Shown: positions 8,012 through 16,946, numbered from the stretch's first letter. The stretch: DNA of 32,000 nucleotides from an uncultured archaeon (GCA_963704435.1 OY969902.1:810001-842000); one strand, 5' to 3'. Made by a program: numbers and translations. The notes: a model not told the origin generated them from the sequence alone.

Positions 8012-9229
8012 TTAAGGCTTTGTCTGAAGGGGGGTCTTGTTTTTGGTGTAGTTGGCAATGCGCTCTCTCTCGCGTTTTCTGTTTTTCCAGTATGTCAATG
8101 CGGATACTGTCGCAACGCCGCCGGTAATCACGATCGCACCGGCCATGCCCGCGATCGTCAGCGCGCTCTGCTCATTCAGTTCCAGTATTTCAGAGACCTT
8201 CTGCATGTTTGTCTGCGGGGCCGTGCGTGCCGCTGCCACAGCGGCGGATATTTCGGAAGCCGCGCGCACCCCTTCTGCAGCGGGGCTGCCGGCGCCGGTA
8301 GCCAACGGCTTTGTTTTGTAGTTTTCGACCAACTGCTCTATGCTGGCACGGCTTACTGGCCCCGACTGCGCCAGCTGCTTCGTTTCCTCCAGGAGCGCCT
8401 TCTGCCTCGCCAGCGGCTCTATCGCCTTCGTGATCTCATCGGCCATCTCCAGCTCGTAGTCCCTGCTCATCTGGACGCCTCCAGTGCTCTTCTTGAGCTC
8501 AGACGTCCTGTCTGCTATGATCTTCTCGATTTTGCTGTTATACGTCGCCTCCGCAGCCATGAGCTCCCCTGCGCTGGTCGGCTGCGATATTTTAAGCCCA
8601 CTCCTTAACTTCTCGACTCTCTTGCGCGCCATCTCCCTCTTTTCCGGGCTCAGGCTGGCATCCTCCGTCATCTGCTGATATCCCTTGAGCTTGATGCGCG
8701 CCCCAACGCCGCCTCCCACGAGCGTTCCGGCTATGCGCTTCGCTCCGGCGGAGCCTACAGCCATCTTCACCCTTCCTGAAGGCGTGGATGGGTTTGCATA
8801 TGAATACAGCGATGAGGTCAGCGCAGTCTTCTCCTTGTCCTTTCCTATCCAATCTACGAACTTCTTGCCCGTATTCGTTCCTGATAGCAGAGTCTTCCCG
8901 GCCGCAGCTCCCGCCCCAGCCACTGGCGAAATTACTTTTTTGGATATTGCTTTGCTAACTACGCCATAAGTTTTCTGGAAGGGGCTAGGGGCCGGCTTCT
9001 GAGCCATGTACTTTGTGCTGCTCCTGACCGCGGTGCCGAGGCCCCTCTTGCCGCTCACTGCGCTCTGGCCGATGCCCGCGACGAAGTCTATGCCGAGCAG
9101 CTTGAACACGTCCCAACCTCGCGTCATGGCGGCGGCTGAGCCTATCAGTATGATTATTATAAGCAGCGGGATCAGTGAGTCTATCGCGCCGAAACTCAGC
9201 AGCACGGGCAGGAGTCCCAACATTCCCAT
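8012..9229 (-). CDS. Hypothetical membrane protein with N- and C-terminal TM helices (406 aa)
   Basis: The internal ATG at 9229 gives MGMLGLLPVLLSFGAIDSLIPLLIIIILIGSAAAM (TM helix). The C-terminus has a second TM helix (LTIAGMAGAIVITGGVATVSALTYW) followed by a basic tail. A TATA element lies 24-33 nt upstream. The 104-codon upstream extension in the track overlaps the divergent VOC gene and was discarded. Confidence 0.65.
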   Translation of the reverse strand: MGMLGLLPVLLSFGAIDSLIPLLIIIILIGSAAAMTRGWDVFKLLGIDFVAGIGQSAVSGKRGLGTAVRSSTKYMAQKPAPSPFQKTYGVVSKAISKKVISPVAGAGAAAGKTLLSGTNTGKKFVDWIGKDKEKTALTSSLYSYANPSTPSGRVKMAVGSAGAKRIAGTLVGGGVGARIKLKGYQQMTEDASLSPEKREMARKRVEKLRSGLKISQPTSAGELMAAEATYNSKIEKIIADRTSELKKSTGGVQMSRDYELEMADEITKAIEPLARQKALLEETKQLAQSGPVSRASIEQLVENYKTKPLATGAGSPAAEGVRAASEISAAVAAARTAPQTNMQKVSEILELNEQSALTIAGMAGAIVITGGVATVSALTYWKNRKRERERIANYTKNKTPLQTKP

Positions 9230-9253
9230 CGTCTTATCTTGTGGGTTCCGTCC

Positions 9254-9263
9254 TATAAATAAG
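9254..9263. promoter_or_regulatory. Single TATA element shared by divergent genes
   Basis: tataaataag sits in the 57-bp gap between the ATG at 9229 (minus strand) and the ATG at 9287 (plus strand), about 29 nt from each. Confidence 0.45.
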
Positions 9264-9286
9264 TATCCCCGCGCAACATCGAATAT

Positions 9287-9703
9287 ATGCCTTCGCTTCC
9301 CATCGTCTCCGATAGCATGGGACTGATCTACACGAGCGTAAGGGTTAAGGACCTGAAGAAGTCGGTGGATTTCTACACGAAATACCTCGGGATGAGGGTC
9401 GTCGGCAAGCGCAGCTGGGTGCCTGGAGAGAGGGTGGTGATGCTCCTGGCGAAGGACAGCGGCCAGCACCTGAACCTGATGCATTTCTCGAAGAGCTGCA
9501 TGCACTACACGCCCTACAAGACCGGGTCGGAGCTCGACCACCTGATGTTCGACGTGGCGGACGCGAAGAAGCTTTACGTCAAGCTCGTCGCGAATGGCGC
9601 TCCGGTTGCGATGAAGCTCTGGGAGGAGAAGGGATTCGCCATGGGATTCGTCAAGGACCCCAACGGGATCTGGATCGGGCTGAGGAGCGGAAAGTCAAGG
9701 TAG
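9287..9703 (+). CDS. VOC-family (glyoxalase I / bleomycin-resistance fold) protein
   Basis: 138-aa ORF. GLIYTSVRVKDLKKSVDFYTKYLGM and the C-terminal GFVKDPNGIWIGL are typical VOC beta-alpha-beta-beta-beta module signatures. An alternative start at 9317 gives MGLIY. Confidence 0.8.
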   Translation: MPSLPIVSDSMGLIYTSVRVKDLKKSVDFYTKYLGMRVVGKRSWVPGERVVMLLAKDSGQHLNLMHFSKSCMHYTPYKTGSELDHLMFDVADAKKLYVKLVANGAPVAMKLWEEKGFAMGFVKDPNGIWIGLRSGKSR

Positions 9704-9740
9704 CCGTTTCCATCCCTGTCTTATGGCTGCGCTACCGAGG

Positions 9741-12700
9741 TCAGCGTCCTTTCCTTTCCCTGCGCGACCGCCTCTTCACTTTCACTGCGCGCCTCTTGCC
9801 CCCGGTCCTCTTTCCAAGGAGCAGCAGCAGGGTTGTGGCGAAGGTCGCGAAGAGCGCAAGCGTGTCCAGGTTCCCGTAGCCAAGCTCGAACAGGCCGATC
9901 TGGAATATCGTCTGCGTGACGTTCGGTGCGTAGTAGTAGTTGAACTCGTCGGTGGTCAGGGTCGCGCCGCCCCCGTTCACATTGTCGCTCGCATGCGCTA
10001 GCGGCACCTGCGTAACAGGTATCGGCTCCGGGCCGGGGTAGCCGTAGTACTGCGCTATTATCGAGTCCTGCCTGTATCCGCACACCGTGATCGTATCGCC
10101 GAAGCTCCCGCCGCTGCCGGTCTGGACCTCCCCGAACAGCCCCAGCTGAGGGGTGCAGAGGCCGGTGCCGTTGGCGAATATGGGCAGGCAGTATTCCGGG
10201 GTGCCCGCCGTTGAGTACGGGCACCTGACCAAGGCGCCGATCCCGTAGAGGTTGCACTGCGGGTATCCGTTCAGGAGCAGGCTGTTCGGCGGAGGGTTGC
10301 ACGCGCCGATGCTGTTGTACGCGGGCCTGAAGCTGACAACGTCCGCGTTCTGCGTCCTGCCCGTGTAGAGCGGGTTCGAAGGGGTGCAGTCGAGCTGGCT
10401 CGCCAGGCCGTTCACACTGTACGCGCATGCGACCGCGTCCGTCGGGTCCGTGAGCGGATTGTAGTTCACGAAGTTGAGGTTGTTGTCGTAGTACAGGTAT
10501 ATGGTCTCTCCCGCAGGGAGGGGGGTGAAGGTCTGGCCCAGGTTCGAGTACGAGCCGGCGATCCCGTTTATCGCGAGCACCGTCTGGTTCTCGTTGCTGG
10601 GGTCGACGTTCGGTACGACGCTGAGCCTGATCGTGGTCGGGTAGGCTATGTCGACGTCCATCGGCGCGACTATCTTGTTGCCGAAAGTGTCCTCGAACGT
10701 GTATATTATCCTGTGGTAGCCGAGCGAGCTCGCGGTGCCCCCTGCGCTGCTGGTGTAGCCGCTGGCGTTGAGGTAGAGGTACATAGGGCTGATGTAGCTG
10801 ACCGCCTGGTAGAACTCGAAGAGGGGTATGAACCCGAGCTCAGGCTTGCTGTTGTAGCTGAAGCTGAGGACGTTGCCTGGCGTCGTCAGCGCCGCTGCGG
10901 CGCCGGTGAGCAGGCTCGCGCCGTAGAGCGGACCGTAGTACTCCGCGTCAAGGGTCTCCCAGCTTGCGCCGGGCCCAATCGCGTAGTTGTCGACGTAGTA
11001 ATCCATCTGCTCCGTCGCGTTCATCACCACCTGCGTGTTGGACGCGCAGTTCAGCCCGCTCCCGGGCGCAGGCAGGCACATCGTGTCGTTAACGTGGATA
11101 TCGCCCACGAGCCTGTTGTTCTCTATGCTGTACAGCAGCTGCGGCGGGATTATCGCTCCGGCGTCCGACAGGTTGGGCACGTACAGCGAGCTGGTCGCCA
11201 GGTTCTGGAGGTAGGTTGCCCCTCCCTCGACCAGGGCACTCAGCGAGTCGGAGTTCGCGTCGACTATGGCGTAGCTGTATACGGTGTTAGTGGCGGTGAC
11301 GGTGCCGCTGGGCACCGCCTGGTTCGGGGCGTAGCACTCCGCCGAGCCCAGAGTCGTCTGAGGCAGAGGGCAGGTGCATGGCCCCGATCCCGAGCAGCAG
11401 CACGATGGGGTGTATACGGTGGACTCCTTCGAAGTGTCCTCCTGCGCGTTCTGCCAGCTCTCGGTCATGGTGTACTGGTACTCGTAGGGCACTATGACGT
11501 AGCCGCTCATCGTGCTCGTAAGCGTCTCGGGCGTGATGACTGTTTTCGGTGCCGGAGGCTCGTTCTCGCTCACGACGACCAGGCTCTGGCTCGACTGAGT
11601 GTTATGGGAGGTGTCGACCGCGACGACGTTGTATGCGCCCGGGCTCAGTATGTTGCACAGGCCGCCGCTGGTGGGTATCGTATAGGTCGCGGACCCCGTC
11701 CCCGGAGACGATGCGATCTCCAGGTTGTTCTCCTGCAGGTTATAGATAGAGAGGGTGACGCCATCCGTGCTGGAGGGCGCGTTGGCGGTCAGCACGTCCT
11801 GGGGAGTGCATCCCGCTGTCTGGCTGTAGTCTATCTCCGTGCTGGTCATCGTGATCACAGGGGTCGCCTCGACCTTCAGCGTTGCCAGTGTCGTGGACAT
11901 TGTGTTCGTGTCCGTCGCCGTAACCGCGTAGCTTCCCGGGGCCAGGCAGTCTGCCGGCACATCGCATATCACGTACGACACGGTGCCGGTGCCGCTGGCG
12001 ACGGGATTGCCTCCATTTATGTACAGGTTCACGTTGTCGGTGCCGGTCGCAGCCGTGGACGATATCTGGTCTATCTGGCCCCAGTCTACCGGAGCCTGCT
12101 GTATCGTGAGGGACGGCTGTCCCGCGTCGTTTATCCCCTGGCTGCTGCCTGTGCTGCTCTGCGGCAGGGACGAGTAGACTTGCCCCTCGAACTTCAGGAT
12201 GCTCGCCGTGGATCCGAAGCTCTCGATATAGGTCATCGGGTTCGTGAGCGTGTACGTCGGCCCCTGCATGTTGGACACCTGCGCGAGCTGGCTGCAGCTC
12301 CCTCCCTGCTGCGTGCTGGTGTAGCACGTGTAAGGCACGCCCCCGCCGAACAGCTTGGTGTAGTTCTCCACGTCAAGCTGCGCGCTGAGCAGCTCCGGGA
12401 ATTGGTAGCTGGTCCCGCTGAGGAGCAGGGTCACCGTGTGGTTGAAGTTTACCGAGAAGCCCACGTTTGGGTAGCTGTAGCTTTGCGGGAGCATCGGGCC
12501 CGCGGCAGGATAGTCCGCGGAATAAGCGGACGGCATGCTGCCCGGATGGTAGGTGCAGCTTGCCGAAGAGCAGAACGTGATCGGAGCGCCTCCTGTCACC
12601 TGCACGCTTGCGGACAGAATCCACCCGTACGGCGGGTACGTCGCGCTTGAAGTGTAGGACCCTGTAGTCAGGCTGTAGTAGTTCGCGGATTTGGTCGCCG

Positions 12701-15602
12701 TGCCCTCGCACGAGAAGGCGTAGTTCTTTGTCAGCCCCTGCGTCCATATATTGCACCCGAGCAGGCCGCTGGTGTCCACCCATTGGCATACGCCTTGAGG
12801 CCCGCAGTCTCCGGCCGGCGGCGCCACGTCAGATGTTTGGCAGTTCAGGTCCGAGGGGTTGCTCACCCCGCACGGCTGCTGCCACATGTCGTTGACGAGC
12901 GTCGGGTTTATCGGGAGGTTGGCGCCCGTTGAGTTCAGCATCCTTATCGAGAGCAGGTTGAGGTTCGTGGCCCTCGACCCCCCGAGGCACCAAAACAGGA
13001 ACTGAGTGCACCCTCCCACCATGCCGAGGCCGGCGTTCCAGTCGTCAAGAACGTACAGGTAGCCGTTGACGTCCTGCAGGCCGAGCGGGTGATGGTAGCT
13101 GTCGATATCGTAGTCGTACGCGGCGTCAGAGTAGGAGACTCCCCCACTGCCCAGCACGTTCGACGGATCGCTTCCGACCCCGTCGAATTTCAGCCCGAAC
13201 AGTCCGCCCTTGTAGAGGTAGTCGGAGATGTTCAGCTCCCCTCCACCTCCCGTATACGCAAGGTCCACCGGGCCTTCATAGGTCAGGCTTGGGCCGAAGG
13301 AGTATATGACCCCGTCAGACGGGCTGGCCGTGAAGACGAGTCCTCCTGTGGGACTGGCCGCAATCTCTTGAGTGGCGGGCAGGTTGTTAGCGTCGTCGAT
13401 GTCGGACGTGACGATGTTCATGTCTCCCGTGCCGAGCGTGTTGGTGACCTCGATGACTACTGTGTATTTGCTCAGCAGCCCGGCCCCCGAGGGAGCGGTA
13501 AAATAGTTCTGCGCCACGATGAACACGTCGCCGTTGGCGTCCGTGCTGATGTTGAACGGAGTGAAGCCGAGACTGGCTAGCTTCGGGTCATCTTCAGTGA
13601 CGAGCGCGTTTAAGTCGATGGAGTTCAACAGGTACATATTCTGGTCCTGCACCGTGATTACGTTGCCCCAGAACGCGCTCCAGCCGTTCGCGAATTCCGC
13701 CGGATTCGACGTGTCAGGGACGTCGGGCTGCAGGTTCGCGCCGTTGTAGTAGCCCTTCGGTATGGGCTGCAGTATGTTGAGGCAGTAGTCCCCCCCGGCC
13801 TCGCTTATCACCCCGCTCTCTGTGCCGCACAGACCGGTAGACTGGTTCAGGACGAAGACGTAGCCTGTGGCTGTGCCGGTCACGGATATGGGATTCGATA
13901 TGGTGGGGTTTAACAGGCCGCTTGTCGGCGCCTCCGGGATGCCTAGCAGGAGCTCCAAAGCGTTCTCGATCGGGCTCGCTGCCGATGTTATCTCTGCGCC
14001 CAGCTTCGTAAGCGATGTGTACCAGTTGTCGACGACTGCGCTCTCGGCGTCCAATCCGCTTCCCAGCAGGACGCTGCTGCTTAGCGAATTCACGGGCTGC
14101 GAAAGCAGGAAGCCCTTGTAGTTGACGAAGAACGCGTCCGAGGTGTTTACAGGATACATCTCTATGCTGTTCCCAGGCGTATAGTAGTTGAACGGGCTGA
14201 ATACGTCGTAGGACCTCGACATCGTCTGGCTGTAAGGGGCGGGCATGGTGAACCCAAGCGAAAAGCGAGGCACGATTTTCGATGTGAACGACCCTGTCGT
14301 CGGAGGCGATGCGGAGGGGTTTGTCACCTCGGTGAAAGGTATCGCGACGTTGTGAATAGAGTCGAGCGTCGTCGTGACCGCGAGCGTATATTTCACCGCG
14401 CACGACCAGTCCCATACCGCAGGGGAGCAGTCGCTGTTTCCGCAGCTCGGCGGCGCGAACATCAGGTTGTTCCAGTCGTAGGTGGTCTCGAGGTTCTGCA
14501 GGTCGAACACCTGGCTGTCTATCTGCGCGTTGTCGTCGAAATCTGCGAACTCCGCCGACCACGTCCATATCAGGTGCTGCGCAGACAGCGGGATCTGCTT
14601 GAAGATATATGTATTGGTCGAGAAGCCGCTGGATATCACGCCCTGTGAGCCCCCTGACGACAGCATGGGCGAATATGCGAACAGGCTGAAACTGGCGCTG
14701 GCGGGCGTGCTGACGCTCAGCTTGTTGTCCACTACGGCGTTAGCGACGGAGTCTCCGAGAATGACGTCGTAGCAGTCTGGGAGCCCGCCGCCGCAGTCGT
14801 CGCAGATGTTCTGGGAGTCGATGGTGTAGCCGATGCTTCCGATGTCCGTCTTGAGCGTGACCTTGGTGTTCAGGGTCGCAGGCCCCGTATTGTAGCACGC
14901 GTCGCCGGCAAGGTTCGCGACCGCGCCCGTGTAGAAGTAGCTGTTGTCCGTAGGGTTCGCGGCCGGCTTTGATACGGGGCACGTGAGCAGGCCGCCGGTA
15001 TTCCCCACATTGTAGTTATTCACGTCGCTCGCGGGCGAGCTCAGCGTAGGCCCGGCCGTTGTTGGCGACGGCGGCTGCGCCCCGGATTTGCTGAAACTGG
15101 TTTCGATTGTCTCGGTGATGTAGCACGGCGACGGCGCTCCTCCAGACGAGTCGATATCCAAGGTCGAGCCGCTGCACGAGTTGCTCTGCGGCCCAGAGCT
15201 GCAGAAGTTGAGACACCCTTCCGCGGTGCCGGTGCTCTCTGCGGGTATCGTCGAGGTTGTGGTCGTGCCGGTGCTGGTCGTGGTGGTGCCCGTGGACGTT
15301 GTGCTGCTGGCCGTCGACGTAGTGGTGGTGGCAGTTGTCGTCGTGGAGATCTCGCAATCAGTCGGAGTTCGAGGGCAAGAGCACGGTCCATTGTTTCCGT
15401 TGACGCACGTGCCGGACCCTGTGTAGTAGCATCCCAGGCAGCACGGCGAGCAGCTGCCTCCCACGCAGTAGGGCATGCCTGAACTGCATAGGCAGTCCGC
15501 GTCGGTGCTGCACGCTCTAGCCATGCCGCTGAGCGCGATCAGGATCAGAAACAGAGCGGAACCGAATAAAACAAGCCCAGCCCGTTCGTTTCGCTTTCGC
15601 AT
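9741..15602 (-). CDS. Giant secreted, C-terminally membrane-anchored surface protein (1953 aa; S-layer/adhesin-like)
   Basis: Uninterrupted 5.9-kb ORF. Sec-type signal peptide MRKRNERAGLVLFGSALFLILIALSGMARA. Cys-rich module (aa 31-83). Thr/Ser linker (aa 86-118). Many N-x-S/T sequons. Two tandem Ig-like repeats (DNA about 11570-12060). C-terminal hydrophobic helix LALFATFATTLLLLLG followed by KRTGGKRRAVKVKRRSRRERKGR. Confidence 0.85.
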   Translation of the reverse strand: MRKRNERAGLVLFGSALFLILIALSGMARACSTDADCLCSSGMPYCVGGSCSPCCLGCYYTGSGTCVNGNNGPCSCPRTPTDCEISTTTTATTTTSTASSTTSTGTTTTSTGTTTTSTIPAESTGTAEGCLNFCSSGPQSNSCSGSTLDIDSSGGAPSPCYITETIETSFSKSGAQPPSPTTAGPTLSSPASDVNNYNVGNTGGLLTCPVSKPAANPTDNSYFYTGAVANLAGDACYNTGPATLNTKVTLKTDIGSIGYTIDSQNICDDCGGGLPDCYDVILGDSVANAVVDNKLSVSTPASASFSLFAYSPMLSSGGSQGVISSGFSTNTYIFKQIPLSAQHLIWTWSAEFADFDDNAQIDSQVFDLQNLETTYDWNNLMFAPPSCGNSDCSPAVWDWSCAVKYTLAVTTTLDSIHNVAIPFTEVTNPSASPPTTGSFTSKIVPRFSLGFTMPAPYSQTMSRSYDVFSPFNYYTPGNSIEMYPVNTSDAFFVNYKGFLLSQPVNSLSSSVLLGSGLDAESAVVDNWYTSLTKLGAEITSAASPIENALELLLGIPEAPTSGLLNPTISNPISVTGTATGYVFVLNQSTGLCGTESGVISEAGGDYCLNILQPIPKGYYNGANLQPDVPDTSNPAEFANGWSAFWGNVITVQDQNMYLLNSIDLNALVTEDDPKLASLGFTPFNISTDANGDVFIVAQNYFTAPSGAGLLSKYTVVIEVTNTLGTGDMNIVTSDIDDANNLPATQEIAASPTGGLVFTASPSDGVIYSFGPSLTYEGPVDLAYTGGGGELNISDYLYKGGLFGLKFDGVGSDPSNVLGSGGVSYSDAAYDYDIDSYHHPLGLQDVNGYLYVLDDWNAGLGMVGGCTQFLFWCLGGSRATNLNLLSIRMLNSTGANLPINPTLVNDMWQQPCGVSNPSDLNCQTSDVAPPAGDCGPQGVCQWVDTSGLLGCNIWTQGLTKNYAFSCEGTATKSANYYSLTTGSYTSSATYPPYGWILSASVQVTGGAPITFCSSASCTYHPGSMPSAYSADYPAAGPMLPQSYSYPNVGFSVNFNHTVTLLLSGTSYQFPELLSAQLDVENYTKLFGGGVPYTCYTSTQQGGSCSQLAQVSNMQGPTYTLTNPMTYIESFGSTASILKFEGQVYSSLPQSSTGSSQGINDAGQPSLTIQQAPVDWGQIDQISSTAATGTDNVNLYINGGNPVASGTGTVSYVICDVPADCLAPGSYAVTATDTNTMSTTLATLKVEATPVITMTSTEIDYSQTAGCTPQDVLTANAPSSTDGVTLSIYNLQENNLEIASSPGTGSATYTIPTSGGLCNILSPGAYNVVAVDTSHNTQSSQSLVVVSENEPPAPKTVITPETLTSTMSGYVIVPYEYQYTMTESWQNAQEDTSKESTVYTPSCCCSGSGPCTCPLPQTTLGSAECYAPNQAVPSGTVTATNTVYSYAIVDANSDSLSALVEGGATYLQNLATSSLYVPNLSDAGAIIPPQLLYSIENNRLVGDIHVNDTMCLPAPGSGLNCASNTQVVMNATEQMDYYVDNYAIGPGASWETLDAEYYGPLYGASLLTGAAAALTTPGNVLSFSYNSKPELGFIPLFEFYQAVSYISPMYLYLNASGYTSSAGGTASSLGYHRIIYTFEDTFGNKIVAPMDVDIAYPTTIRLSVVPNVDPSNENQTVLAINGIAGSYSNLGQTFTPLPAGETIYLYYDNNLNFVNYNPLTDPTDAVACAYSVNGLASQLDCTPSNPLYTGRTQNADVVSFRPAYNSIGACNPPPNSLLLNGYPQCNLYGIGALVRCPYSTAGTPEYCLPIFANGTGLCTPQLGLFGEVQTGSGGSFGDTITVCGYRQDSIIAQYYGYPGPEPIPVTQVPLAHASDNVNGGGATLTTDEFNYYYAPNVTQTIFQIGLFELGYGNLDTLALFATFATTLLLLLGKRTGGKRRAVKVKRRSRRERKGR
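15249..15347 (-). repeat. Low-complexity Thr/Ser linker coding repeat inside the giant gene
   Basis: Encodes STTTTATTTTSTASSTTSTGTTTTSTGTTTTST. The DNA is reiterated ACC/ACG/AGC-type codons, seen as gtggt/gtcgt runs on the plus strand. Confidence 0.8.
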
Positions 15603-15624
15603 GCAAACGGTAACTCATCGAAGG

Positions 15625-15638
15625 CTATATATATAAAG
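15625..15638 (-). promoter_or_regulatory. TATA box for the giant surface-protein gene
   Basis: ctttatatatatag on the minus strand, in the 49-bp gap after the glycosyltransferase stop, about 23-36 nt upstream of the ATG at 15602. Confidence 0.5.
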
Positions 15639-15651
15639 TTTCAAACGCGGC

Positions 15652-16794
15652 TCAGGGACGCCCGTTCAGCCTTCGCATTATGCCGGAGTAGACCTTTCCC
15701 GCGCGGTCCCCAGAGAACTCCTCGAGGACCTCCCTGCTTACGTCCTCGTTCTTCTTCTCGTCAACCCCGTACCTGCTTGAGATGGCGTTCAGCGCCCTGC
15801 CCAGCCTGCCTTCCTTCACCTCTATGCAGTACTTGCGCACCTCCCTCGGGATGGAGCTCGTGTCCATCACGACGACCGGCGTGCCCAGCGCGAGCGCCTC
15901 GAGCGCGACCAGCGACAGGCCCTCCCTCTCGCTCGGCATGACCAGCGCCTTGGATTCGCATATCTCCCTGTAGAGCCTCCGGGTGCTCAGCCCGTGCACG
16001 AAAGTGACCTTGCCCCGCGCCTTCTCGCGGGCAAGCCTCTCCAGCTTCTCAAGCTCCGGGCCCGTCCCCACCACGGTCAGCTTGGCGTCGGTCTCGGCTA
16101 TCGCCTCTATGGCGAGCCCGACCCGCTTGTGCCCGACGAGCCTGTTTATCACTATGAACTTGTTCTTCCTGCGCGGCCTGTTGGCGGCCCTGAACCGGGA
16201 TATCTCCGCGGCGTCGACAGCCGCAGGGAACACCACGACCCTTTCAGGGTCAACGCCGAACTCGCGCTCGAGCAGGCGCTTAGTCGTGCTTGCGTTCGCT
16301 ATGCCCATGTCCGACGCGCGTGCGCACACCCTCTCGATGACGTAGCCTATGCTGCCTATGGTCCGCGAGTAGCCGGTCCAGAAGCTCTTGCTCCAGACCT
16401 CGTGCCACGTGACCACCAGCTTGGTGCGCCTCAGCCGGGTATAGAAGTATAGCGGCAGTATGTGCAGGAACGGGAAGGAGTCGGCGTCGACCATCTCGAA
16501 CCTGTACGGCAGTATCTTGAAGAATACCTCGAATGCGAATGAGAGGGGCATGCGGGCGCTGCGCCTCTTGCCGGTGCTCGTATACATGCCCTGCCAGCCC
16601 ACTGCCTCCCCGACGCAGTGGTATTTTATCCCCTTGAATGAGAATTCACGGCCGGCCATCCCGTCCCTGAACATGGTGAAGCAGTGGACATCGTCGCCCT
16701 GCTTGGCGAGCCTGTGCATTATTATGAACCGCCTGCGCTCTATGCCCCCGTTGAACCACGGATACGCGTTGTCTGACACGAATGCGATTCGCAC
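15652..16794 (-). CDS. GT4-family (GT-B fold) glycosyltransferase
   Basis: 380-aa ORF with a GTG start. N-terminal MRIAFVSDNAYPWFNGGIERR and the C-terminal E-x7-E motif (EREGLSLVALEA) are typical of retaining GT4 glycosyltransferases. Confidence 0.85.
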   Translation of the reverse strand: MRIAFVSDNAYPWFNGGIERRRFIIMHRLAKQGDDVHCFTMFRDGMAGREFSFKGIKYHCVGEAVGWQGMYTSTGKRRSARMPLSFAFEVFFKILPYRFEMVDADSFPFLHILPLYFYTRLRRTKLVVTWHEVWSKSFWTGYSRTIGSIGYVIERVCARASDMGIANASTTKRLLEREFGVDPERVVVFPAAVDAAEISRFRAANRPRRKNKFIVINRLVGHKRVGLAIEAIAETDAKLTVVGTGPELEKLERLAREKARGKVTFVHGLSTRRLYREICESKALVMPSEREGLSLVALEALALGTPVVVMDTSSIPREVRKYCIEVKEGRLGRALNAISSRYGVDEKKNEDVSREVLEEFSGDRAGKVYSGIMRRLNGRP

Positions 16795-16946
16795 GATATC
16801 GACCAGTGGCGTCTATAGCACGTTCAACTTTAAATTAGTTGCTTAATCCGCTGCAAATGGACCTGATCCGGAATGCGGCGGACAAATGAACAGGCTACGC
16901 GTTTCGATACGGTTTTATCCTTTCCTTCAGATAGTCCTATGAGCCC

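Noticed and set aside
7927-8058. 44-codon N-terminal extension of the 6559..8058 ORF
   Set aside because: It overlaps the 3' end of the upstream gene. The ATG at 7926 is preceded by a tttataaa element in the intergenic gap.
9230-9541. 104-codon N-terminal extension of the 8012..9541 ORF
   Set aside because: It overlaps the divergent VOC gene on the opposite strand. The internal ATG at 9229 starts a TM helix and has a correctly spaced TATA box.
9721-10428. 235-aa minus-strand ORF at the 3' end of the giant gene (also 13714..14568, 11740..12327 and other same-strand off-frame ORFs)
   Set aside because: They are out-of-frame overlaps with the continuous 5.9-kb ORF and have an Arg/Pro/His-rich composition.
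10713-12650. 645-aa plus-strand ORF inside the giant-gene region
   Set aside because: It is antisense to the uninterrupted 1953-aa ORF. Its Arg/Ala/Val/Gly-rich, low-information composition is typical of stop-free antisense frames in G+C-rich DNA, and it has no motifs.
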